Shown here piece after piece: positions 8,863 to 16,181 of a DNA stretch of 61,231 nucleotides; within the stretch, counting starts at the first letter, position 1, and each line of letters opens with the position of its first letter. The DNA is from a virus (lineage: Duplodnaviria; Caudoviricetes), in the IMG/VR virus record IMGVR_UViG_3300049222_000815, positions 1 to 61,231 of that record; one strand, given 5' to 3'. A program made the position numbers and the translations under genes. The notes beneath the pieces were generated by a model. The model was not told the DNA's origin. It saw nothing but the letters and a program-made list of their open reading frames with translations, and made no database searches.

Positions 8863-9342
8863 CTAAGATTTTTTCCACTCTTGAGTGCCTTTAATAGAAA
8901 AAAGATCAGAAACTTTAATTTGCGTAATAGTTTCTAAAGTACCTTTCCTTCTAAATAGTCTGTATTTAGAATTCCAAGCTTTATCTACATATGGTAAGTC
9001 CCAGCGAACTAAATCTGAAGAAGATAGCCAATCTAATAAAGCTTTACGCGGCACTAAAATAAAACTATCCTTGGTTTCAAATGCAACAAATAAAGCTTTA
9101 CCATAAAGCCAGCCTTTATACCCTTTTGAATTTTGATACTCAATGTAAATCCAATTGTTTGGGTTTTTGTTGTTTCTCTTTTTAATATCTAAAGAAAAAA
9201 CACTAGGGTTACCATTGACATGACCTTCTAGTAGAATGTCAATATTATTTTTTCTGTCTCCAGACGAAGGAGGAATAATTTTATAACCTTTACTTGAGGC
9301 TATTTCTTTAAAGAGAGACCTGTAGCTAATATTTTTTGACAT
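8863..9342 (-). CDS. putative PD-(D/E)XK-type phage nuclease
   Basis: 'NIDILL...SLDIKKR...WIYIEYQN..G..GWLYG.A..VAFE'. Confidence 0.55.
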   Translation of the reverse strand: MSKNISYRSLFKEIASSKGYKIIPPSSGDRKNNIDILLEGHVNGNPSVFSLDIKKRNNKNPNNWIYIEYQNSKGYKGWLYGKALFVAFETKDSFILVPRKALLDWLSSSDLVRWDLPYVDKAWNSKYRLFRRKGTLETITQIKVSDLFSIKGTQEWKKS

Positions 9343-9344
9343 TA

Positions 9345-10424
9345 TTAAGAATCATATAAGGCATTAAAAGATCGCGCTGTATCTTTTGACTTTTTGTATT
9401 TATTTTTAGTTATTGCAATAATAACCTCTTCAGTAACTCTATCTTCTTCTTCAGGCATGGTATACTTAATGATAGCTTTATCACGTTTGCGTACATCACA
9501 TTCCCATTTAATGCCATAATTATAATCTGGTATGGCTTGACTAAGATACTCAGTAGAATAACCCTTAGAATCTTTTTCTGACCACAAGAATACTGGCACT
9601 ACGCCCATCCAAGTTTCATGAAATGCTCCTATATTAACATAAGAATCTACAGTTTCAGAACCATCAAATGAGCCAGGATTTTGCTGATCAGCTACATTAT
9701 AATAACTTAAAACCATTCCGTCTTCATATTTTTCATGCAAATAAACATGAAAATATTTAAATAAATTAACACAATTCCAAAAACCTGTGGACTCATTTTG
9801 TATAACAATACGATTTTGAGTTTCTTTATTGAGTGATTTAAAGTTTTTATAAAATAGTTTTAAATCAGAAACAATAGAATCATGTGATTCAGAGTTTGGT
9901 GTGTGATACGGTTTAATAACTATAGGATTAGATGTATTAGAGGGAAATCCAGCATTTTCAAAAAACCAACTATGAAAGTTTAGCTCTTTAAATGTGCGAT
10001 TAATGTCTTCTTCATCTTCAGAAATTAATGTATTTGTGGAGTCAGGGTAAACGGATAAAGTAACATTGTGCTGCCTAGCCGTTACTCCAATAGATCTAAT
10101 CTTAGATAAGATGCTTGAGCTTGATGGCAAATCATCAATAGTTAAATTTAATGAGTCGCTAAAATCAGAAATTAAGCTAAAAATTGAACTACTAATTCTA
10201 TAATGATGAATATTAACCTTGGGGAGAAAATCAATAATATTTTCAGTTAAATCAAGATTGTGGCATATCCTGTTAGATAATTCCTCTAACGCGGATTCTC
10301 TACCACCACTTTCTTCAAGAGCTAAAAAGTTTTTTTGACTTATTCCCGAAAAGGTATAAGAGCCATCTGGGTCTTTTTCTTTAAGTAGTTCTGATGATCC
10401 AATTAATCCATAAAATACATTCAT
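9345..10424 (-). CDS. UV-damage endonuclease (UvsE/UVDE)-like protein, degenerate active site
   Basis: 'YRISSSIF', 'ELNFH', 'RIVIQNE', 'TW..VVPVFLWSE', 'CDVRKRDKAI' follow the UvsE motif order. Confidence 0.7.
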   Translation of the reverse strand: MNVFYGLIGSSELLKEKDPDGSYTFSGISQKNFLALEESGGRESALEELSNRICHNLDLTENIIDFLPKVNIHHYRISSSIFSLISDFSDSLNLTIDDLPSSSSILSKIRSIGVTARQHNVTLSVYPDSTNTLISEDEEDINRTFKELNFHSWFFENAGFPSNTSNPIVIKPYHTPNSESHDSIVSDLKLFYKNFKSLNKETQNRIVIQNESTGFWNCVNLFKYFHVYLHEKYEDGMVLSYYNVADQQNPGSFDGSETVDSYVNIGAFHETWMGVVPVFLWSEKDSKGYSTEYLSQAIPDYNYGIKWECDVRKRDKAIIKYTMPEEEDRVTEEVIIAITKNKYKKSKDTARSFNALYDS

Positions 10425-10434
10425 GTGATAATGA

Positions 10435-10440
10435 TTACAC
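10435..10440 (-). promoter_or_regulatory. GTGTAA putative phage promoter motif
   Basis: 16 nt upstream of the ATG at 10424; recurs at about 11 gene starts. Confidence 0.6.
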
Positions 10441-10734
10441 TAAACTATCAGGTATTTCGTCTTTTTTTGAATTATCTTCTGTATTTGATTTAGGTTGATC
10501 TTGTGAAGCTGGTGTAGATTCTTTGTCTTTATTGAGATACAAAACATAGTCTGGCTTCTTGTCTGCATCTTTATATCGATTAGGAAACATGACTACCTTC
10601 ACTTTCTTTTTAACTCCAAGCTCATCAATTTCTATAGAGCCAGATAAATATTTGCCTTTTGCACTTTCTCTAGTCCAAAAAGCCCCTATTTCGCGTTGAG
10701 ACCAATCTGATTTTGTATTTTGTTCTTCTAACAT
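10435..10734 (-). CDS. DUF736-like protein
   Basis: 'EIGAFWTRESAKGKYLSGSI...KKPDY', acidic tail. Confidence 0.6.
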   Translation of the reverse strand: MLEEQNTKSDWSQREIGAFWTRESAKGKYLSGSIEIDELGVKKKVKVVMFPNRYKDADKKPDYVLYLNKDKESTPASQDQPKSNTEDNSKKDEIPDSLV

Positions 10735-10749
10735 AGTGTATATAGTTTT

Positions 10750-11061
10750 ATGGTTATTATATTTGACTGCCAGCTTACTGAACCACCGAGTTCAGTTCAC
10801 TGCTTTAGAGATGTAACTTTGTATAGTGAGGTTTTTTTGAGAAATGAAAATATTATTAAGTGCCCAAGTGGAACTAGATCGTTTTATTGGGAATGGATTA
10901 AAAAATATGGAGCTCATGATTTTGTTAAAGAAATTATATCAAACGAAGAAGATCAAGAAGGTTTAACTATAGGTGAGGGTTGTAACATTAATTTTAAAAT
11001 ACTTAACGAAATTTCAGTAAGTCAATTAATTTTAGCTTTAATAAATACTAGGAAAATTTAG
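10750..11061 (+). CDS. hypothetical protein
   Basis: 103 aa isolated plus-strand ORF preceded by GTGTAT at 10736. Confidence 0.6.
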   Translation: MVIIFDCQLTEPPSSVHCFRDVTLYSEVFLRNENIIKCPSGTRSFYWEWIKKYGAHDFVKEIISNEEDQEGLTIGEGCNINFKILNEISVSQLILALINTRKI

Positions 11062-11368
11062 ATACTACTTTAGCGTCTTTATGTAAAGCTGTAGGCTCTC
11101 CGCTTATCACGCCATGTGTTGAGCTTTTTTGGCTAGACGCTTCTGTTTGAGTGTCTGAGTTTAAACTTGGATACATGTCTAGCAACACATTAATCTGAAC
11201 TTCTAATTCTGATATTTGCTTTAGCGTGTTTTTCAGAGAATCACAAAAACCTGCTCCCGAAGGGTTTGAGGAGATAGCTTGAAAATCTGAGACAAGCATA
11301 TTTCTATTACTAACTAAATTGTAATAAATGGATTGAATATATGAAGGAGTTTGATTGTTTTCGCTCAT
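11048..11368 (-). CDS. hypothetical protein
   Basis: 106 aa ORF. Confidence 0.55.
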   Translation of the reverse strand: MSENNQTPSYIQSIYYNLVSNRNMLVSDFQAISSNPSGAGFCDSLKNTLKQISELEVQINVLLDMYPSLNSDTQTEASSQKSSTHGVISGEPTALHKDAKVVSKFS

Positions 11369-11406
11369 TTTAATGATAGTAAAATATTAATTATTTAATT
11401 CTATAT

Positions 11407-11946
11407 TTATCTAAACTTTTTTTGAAGTAATCTCCATCTGTCTGAATCAATAGTTTTGCTACCATTATCTATAGCATAAAGCATATCAACTATTTCATCT
11501 ACAGAATTATAGATATATTTATGGGGAAGCATGCCAAGCATCCAGAGGGGAGTTTTTGTCTTGCCGCCCTCCATACTTACAAAGACGGGCTTTTTTTCTC
11601 TTACCGCAGTAACAATTTCTTCCGCACTTCCCCAAGAAGCAACATCAGGTACTAAGTGAGCAATAATAAAATCAGATCTATCTACTAAGTTTAAGTCGTA
11701 AGCTCTGACCATTCTCATTCTTTCTGTAACTCTATCGTATTGCTTTGTTTTCATCCAAGTGTCCATTTCTTGGCGTGAAACTTCATCTTCTTCAACATCT
11801 TTAATGAAAGGTTTTTCATAAGGATTGAAACATGTTATTGATAGAGGAGATAGTTTTGCGGTTACATCTTTTCTCCAGTCTCTACCGCTAAGATATTGCA
11901 TGTGACCAACTAAGTATGTTTTGGTTTTGAATAGAAGATTTTTCAT
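11407..11946 (-). CDS. nucleoside 2-deoxyribosyltransferase / N-glycosidase family protein
   Basis: 'YLVGHM...DWR...FNP...DLNLVDRSDFII...GSAEEI...KPVF'. Confidence 0.75.
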   Translation of the reverse strand: MKNLLFKTKTYLVGHMQYLSGRDWRKDVTAKLSPLSITCFNPYEKPFIKDVEEDEVSRQEMDTWMKTKQYDRVTERMRMVRAYDLNLVDRSDFIIAHLVPDVASWGSAEEIVTAVREKKPVFVSMEGGKTKTPLWMLGMLPHKYIYNSVDEIVDMLYAIDNGSKTIDSDRWRLLQKKFR

Positions 11947-11948
11947 AA

Positions 11949-11984
11949 TATGATTATATTATCATAATAAATTAATTATGTCAA
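11949..11984 (-). promoter_or_regulatory. sigma70 promoter, -10 within an inverted repeat
   Basis: TTGACA-N17-TAATAT; inverted repeat TATGAT-N6-ATCATA. Confidence 0.7.
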
Positions 11985-11992
11985 GAACAAAT

Positions 11993-12082
11993 TGGCGGAG
12001 AGGACAGGATTTGAACCTGCGGAAGGATTACTCCTTCAACGCTTTAGCAAAGCGCCGCCTTAAACCACTCAGCCACCTCTCC
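11993..12082 (-). tRNA. tRNA-Ser(GCT)
   Basis: GGAGAGG/TCCTCTCC acceptor region, D-loop AGTGGTTTAA, anticodon loop TTGCTAA, long variable arm, GGTTCAAATCC, encoded CCA. Confidence 0.95.
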
Positions 12083-12086
12083 AAAA

Positions 12087-12449
12087 TGGTGGACGTGGCG
12101 GGAGTTGAACCCGCGTCTTTAAATTGTCAGCAATACAAATCTACAAGTTTAGTTAATTTTTTTTTAAGTTGTGATATTAACATCTAACTACTTATTTGAA
12201 TTATTTACAGTTGAGGTAATAAGTAAACCATTCTGGGTCTGCAGATAGATGACCCCACAATCCCTTTATCTGCGTCAAAGGTTGTGAGGTAGCAGGTCTT
12301 AAGCTGCTAGAGCAAGCTCTTGCTTATTAAAAGCGAGGGCTTTAACACGTGACTTGTTGCCAGGTATCAATTTGTGCCTTTTTAAGGAGCCAGACACACT
12401 CCTACTTGCAATGTATAGATTCAACTCAAATCGAATCCAGTACACGCCC
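12087..12449 (-). ncRNA. ssrA: tmRNA, 363 nt; tag (A)GNKSRVKALAFNKQELALAA
   Basis: 5' GGGCGTGTACTGGATTCGA; 3' GGGTTCAACTCCCGCCACGTCCACCA; G3.U pair; tag ORF 12361-12299 ending ALAA; H-type pseudoknot pairing at 12235-12273. Confidence 0.95.
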
Positions 12450-12455
12450 AAAAAT

Positions 12456-12467
12456 TTTTCAAAGAAC
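12456..12467 (-). promoter_or_regulatory. boxA-like antitermination element
   Basis: GTTCTTTGAAAA between the promoter and the tmRNA 5' end. Confidence 0.6.
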
Positions 12468-12472
12468 TTACA

Positions 12473-12505
12473 TACTGTTATACAGTAAAAAAACAAAAAT
12501 GTCAA
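12473..12505 (-). promoter_or_regulatory. sigma70 promoter of the tmRNA-tRNA operon
   Basis: TTGACA-N17-TATAAC; inverted repeat TACTGT-N3-ACAGTA over the -10. Confidence 0.7.
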
Positions 12506-12509
12506 GAAA

Positions 12510-13799
12510 TTAAATAGGATTACCCCAATTCAATATCTTTGGCTGATCTGGGAAATGACTTTTACCTAAGATGAACATACCATTTTTTTGATCATCAATA
12601 CTACCAATAGATACATTGAAAGTTAAATTGACTGTTTTGTTTGCTGAGATGCTAGACTCAAAAGATTCAACATCAAAAATTGCACCTTTAAAGTAGTACG
12701 CCATGTTGGTAGTACTTGGGTGTAACTCTCGTTCGCAAGCATGAACTCCTCTGCAATCTTCCATGGATATAACCAAATTATTTAATTCTGTTGGGCATTG
12801 GATGAATTTAGCTAAATTTTTATTATCTTTTAATTCATTTAAAAAAGCAGTTATTTGAATTTGTATGTTGGCTGGAAAATTAAGTACTCTAGCAAAACCA
12901 AAAGTGCTACCAATCTTATGTATTTTTGTATTACCAATAGGCATGTTGATGCTAAATCCTTGTATGTGAGCTGCCCCTAAGTGATAATCACTTAAGTCTA
13001 AAGTTTGTTGAGATAATAAAGCTCCATCATCAAGAGCAATTTTAATATCTCCAGGACGTAAAGCTCCTGCCCCTTCTTGGTATACAATGTCATTCAAGCC
13101 ATTAACTTTTTCATAAACAAAACTTTCATATGTATCAGGAATGCTGAAATGTAAATCACACGCCTGTAAATCTCTGGAGGGGTCGATAGCTGGTAGAGGG
13201 TTATTGCAAACTCCTTTATATGTAGTGATTGTAAATGCGTCAAAGCTCATTCTAGCTTTTGGAGTTGAACCAATTTCAGCATTTACAGCATACTGGTTCA
13301 AAAAAGCATTTCCAATACCGATAACTTTTACTTCGTCACCCATAGACTCTAAATTAGAGTGAACTATTTGGTGGCCTGCAGCCGTAGTAGCGATAAAAAA
13401 GTTGCAACCAAATCTCCCATCTGGAGATAAATGTTTAGCTATTGCTTGATGCTCTCCATCAGTAATAAAACCTAAAACTTGCTCATTATAGCCGTCAGCT
13501 AAACAGTACTCAAAGTCTATGGATACGGACGGAGAATTAAGTATAACATTGTCTACCCTACCCAAACTGCCAAACTGATTGATAGTTTCTCTATCTAAGT
13601 TGATAGAATAATTAATATCTTGTATTCTATGTAATTGGCGAACTAAATTGCCTGAGCAATCTATCCAAGAAGTATTTCTATTTTTGCAATCAGCATCAAA
13701 TTTAACGCCATCATTAAAATGATATCCTGTAGCATCAAAACTGCAGTATAGGAATTCACTTCCATAATTGACATTATTTCTTCCCTGATTTTTTTTCAC
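12510..13799 (-). CDS. putative structural protein (tail-tube-like)
   Basis: two related beta-rich halves ('RIQDINYSINLDRETINQFGS' / 'HIQGFSINMPIGNTKIHKIGS'); function is an inference. Confidence 0.4.
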   Translation of the reverse strand: MKKNQGRNNVNYGSEFLYCSFDATGYHFNDGVKFDADCKNRNTSWIDCSGNLVRQLHRIQDINYSINLDRETINQFGSLGRVDNVILNSPSVSIDFEYCLADGYNEQVLGFITDGEHQAIAKHLSPDGRFGCNFFIATTAAGHQIVHSNLESMGDEVKVIGIGNAFLNQYAVNAEIGSTPKARMSFDAFTITTYKGVCNNPLPAIDPSRDLQACDLHFSIPDTYESFVYEKVNGLNDIVYQEGAGALRPGDIKIALDDGALLSQQTLDLSDYHLGAAHIQGFSINMPIGNTKIHKIGSTFGFARVLNFPANIQIQITAFLNELKDNKNLAKFIQCPTELNNLVISMEDCRGVHACERELHPSTTNMAYYFKGAIFDVESFESSISANKTVNLTFNVSIGSIDDQKNGMFILGKSHFPDQPKILNWGNPI

Positions 13800-16158
13800 T
13801 GCAAATAAATTTACCCTCTTTAAAGTTAACTACAATATCATTGCAGTCATTATGTATAATAAATTTAGAAATTGCAACTTCAACTTCATTTTGGATTATT
13901 CTTCTAATGGGTCTACCACCTAGATTTTGCTCAAGAGTTCTGCGTAATATTTCCGCTCTAGCCTTGGGATTTAAAGTGCATTTAATATCTTTATGTTTTA
14001 ATTTTAATTTAACATTATTAAATTCAATAGTAATAATTTTCTTTAACTCTGACTCTTTAAAATTATTAAATAATACAATACCATCAAATCTATTAACTAA
14101 CTCTGGACTTAATTTCTTTTTAGCTTCTTCAAATATCTTATCTGAATTGTTATCCTCATTTTGAAGAAAACCTACTGAAGATTTTTTATCTACTAGATCT
14201 GCCCCTAAATTACTTGTTAAAATTATAATAGTATTTTTAAAAGAAACTTCTTCTCCAGAATTATCTGTAAGTCTTCCTTCTTCTAGGATCTGCAATAAAG
14301 ATTGAAGAACTATTGGGTGAGCTTTTTCAATTTCATCAAACAATAAAACTGAATGGCCATCCCTTTTAACTTTTTCGGTTAGTAATCCACCTTTTTCATA
14401 ACCAACATAACCTGGCGATGAGCCAGAAAATTTACTAACCGCAGAAGATTCTGAGAACTCACTCATATCAAAGTAAATTAATTTTTTACTTGACCCAAAA
14501 TAATGTCTAGCTAAAGATTTTGATGTAAGAGTTTTACCCACTCCTGTTTTACCTAAAAATAAAAAACTTCCAATAGGTCGCATCGGATCTTTGAGTCCGC
14601 AGTGACTTTTAAACAATGAATTGACAATTTTTTGAACAGCATCTTCTTGCCCAATCACATCTTTATTCATTCTTGATTCAAGTTTTAATAATTTAGAAGA
14701 ATGAGTTTCATTTAATGACTCTATAGGGAGATGCAAGTTTTCAGAAACTACAGACCTAATGTCTGAAATTTTAACTGTAGCCATATTTCTAGCTTTCTTT
14801 TGACCCCATTTAGAAACAAGATTTTTATAAGAATCAAATACTTCATCTTTGACTGATTTTGGTAAGTCATCATTTAATAAAGCTTTTTCCATTTGCTTTG
14901 CCATTTTTGGCTTTTTATAAAATTTAATCTTTAATGCAGCTCCAGCCTGATCTATCAAATCTATAGCTTTGTCGGGCAACTTTTTGTCATTGATATATTT
15001 AATTGAAAGATCGACTGCTTCAACGATGGATTCTGGACTATATATAACTGAGTGATAAACAGAATAACTTGAACATAAATTAGAAATAATTTCAATAGCT
15101 TCCTCTCTTGTTGGCTCATCAACCTTAATCATATTAAATCTTCTTTTTAAAGCGGGATCTTTAGAGAAAGATTTTTTATATTCTTCATATGTAGTTGCAC
15201 CGACACATGTAATTTCACCTCTTGCAATATATGGCTTTAAAATGTTTGCTGCATCCAAAGAGCCTTCTGAGTTTCCTGCTCCAACAATCGTATGAATTTC
15301 ATCGATAAATAAAATTATATTTTTATCTGCTTTGGTTGCATCAATAAAAGATTTAAGCCTTTCTTCAAACTGACCCCTGTATTTTGTGCCTGCAATCATG
15401 GATGACAAATCCAATGCTAGGATTTTTTTATTCAATAAATAGTCATTTGTTTCACATTTAACTATTCTTTTGGCGAGATGTTCAACCAAAGCGGTTTTTC
15501 CAACGCCAGGATCGCCAACCAAAAGAGCGCAAGACTTAGTTTTGCGACATAAAGTTTCTTCTATTTTGTCAATATAAGTACTGTTAGCAGAAATAAAATC
15601 AAATTCGCCCTGTTTAGCTAAAACATTTAGGTCGACGCTATAACTTTTAAGGGGGCTAGCATTTGAAGGTTGTCCTTGTTGGTCTGCATTTTCGTAAGAA
15701 TTCATTAATGCAGGGTTATAAACTATATCGTGAGAAAGAACTTCTTCCAAGAGCAATTCAATCTCATAAATATCTAAATCGCAAACCAAAAAATAATCAG
15801 CTATATGAAAATCTGAAAGCATGACATATAACACATGCTCAACGCTGATATATTCATGACTCTTATTGCTAGACAATTGATTACAAAGGTCTAAACAAGA
15901 AATAACATCAGGACCAAAGGGGACATTATCTTGATGACCGACAGTAGGTAAACTCACAATAGTGTCTACCACTAATCCCTCAATAGGTTCAAAACTAATA
16001 TTGATTCTATCTTCTATAAAAGGAAGTATAAAAGTATCTATCTTAAGAAAAGATAAAAAAACATGGTCTAATGTTACTTCAGGGTTTTCAAATTTTTGTG
16101 CTAGTTGTCTAGCTAAAGATATGATTTCCTGCGATCTAGGAGTTAGATTTGGGTACAT
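13774..16158 (-). CDS. clpC: ATP-dependent Clp protease ATPase subunit (ClpC/ClpA type)
   Basis: Clp N-repeat domain, two AAA+ modules (GDPGVGKT, GKTGVGKT), pore loops KYRG and GYVG, ClpP-docking 'VGF'. Confidence 0.9.
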   Translation of the reverse strand: MYPNLTPRSQEIISLARQLAQKFENPEVTLDHVFLSFLKIDTFILPFIEDRINISFEPIEGLVVDTIVSLPTVGHQDNVPFGPDVISCLDLCNQLSSNKSHEYISVEHVLYVMLSDFHIADYFLVCDLDIYEIELLLEEVLSHDIVYNPALMNSYENADQQGQPSNASPLKSYSVDLNVLAKQGEFDFISANSTYIDKIEETLCRKTKSCALLVGDPGVGKTALVEHLAKRIVKCETNDYLLNKKILALDLSSMIAGTKYRGQFEERLKSFIDATKADKNIILFIDEIHTIVGAGNSEGSLDAANILKPYIARGEITCVGATTYEEYKKSFSKDPALKRRFNMIKVDEPTREEAIEIISNLCSSYSVYHSVIYSPESIVEAVDLSIKYINDKKLPDKAIDLIDQAGAALKIKFYKKPKMAKQMEKALLNDDLPKSVKDEVFDSYKNLVSKWGQKKARNMATVKISDIRSVVSENLHLPIESLNETHSSKLLKLESRMNKDVIGQEDAVQKIVNSLFKSHCGLKDPMRPIGSFLFLGKTGVGKTLTSKSLARHYFGSSKKLIYFDMSEFSESSAVSKFSGSSPGYVGYEKGGLLTEKVKRDGHSVLLFDEIEKAHPIVLQSLLQILEEGRLTDNSGEEVSFKNTIIILTSNLGADLVDKKSSVGFLQNEDNNSDKIFEEAKKKLSPELVNRFDGIVLFNNFKESELKKIITIEFNNVKLKLKHKDIKCTLNPKARAEILRRTLEQNLGGRPIRRIIQNEVEVAISKFIIHNDCNDIVVNFKEGKFICSEKKSGKK

Positions 16159-16181
16159 AATAATATTATTATATTACACGC

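Noticed and set aside
11978-12187. 69-aa plus-strand ORF
   Set aside because: It is the antisense of tRNA-Ser and the tmRNA 3' end
12299-12505. 68-aa ORF as an ordinary CDS
   Set aside because: It starts at the -35 TTG and runs through the tmRNA; only the last 20 codons are the tag reading frame
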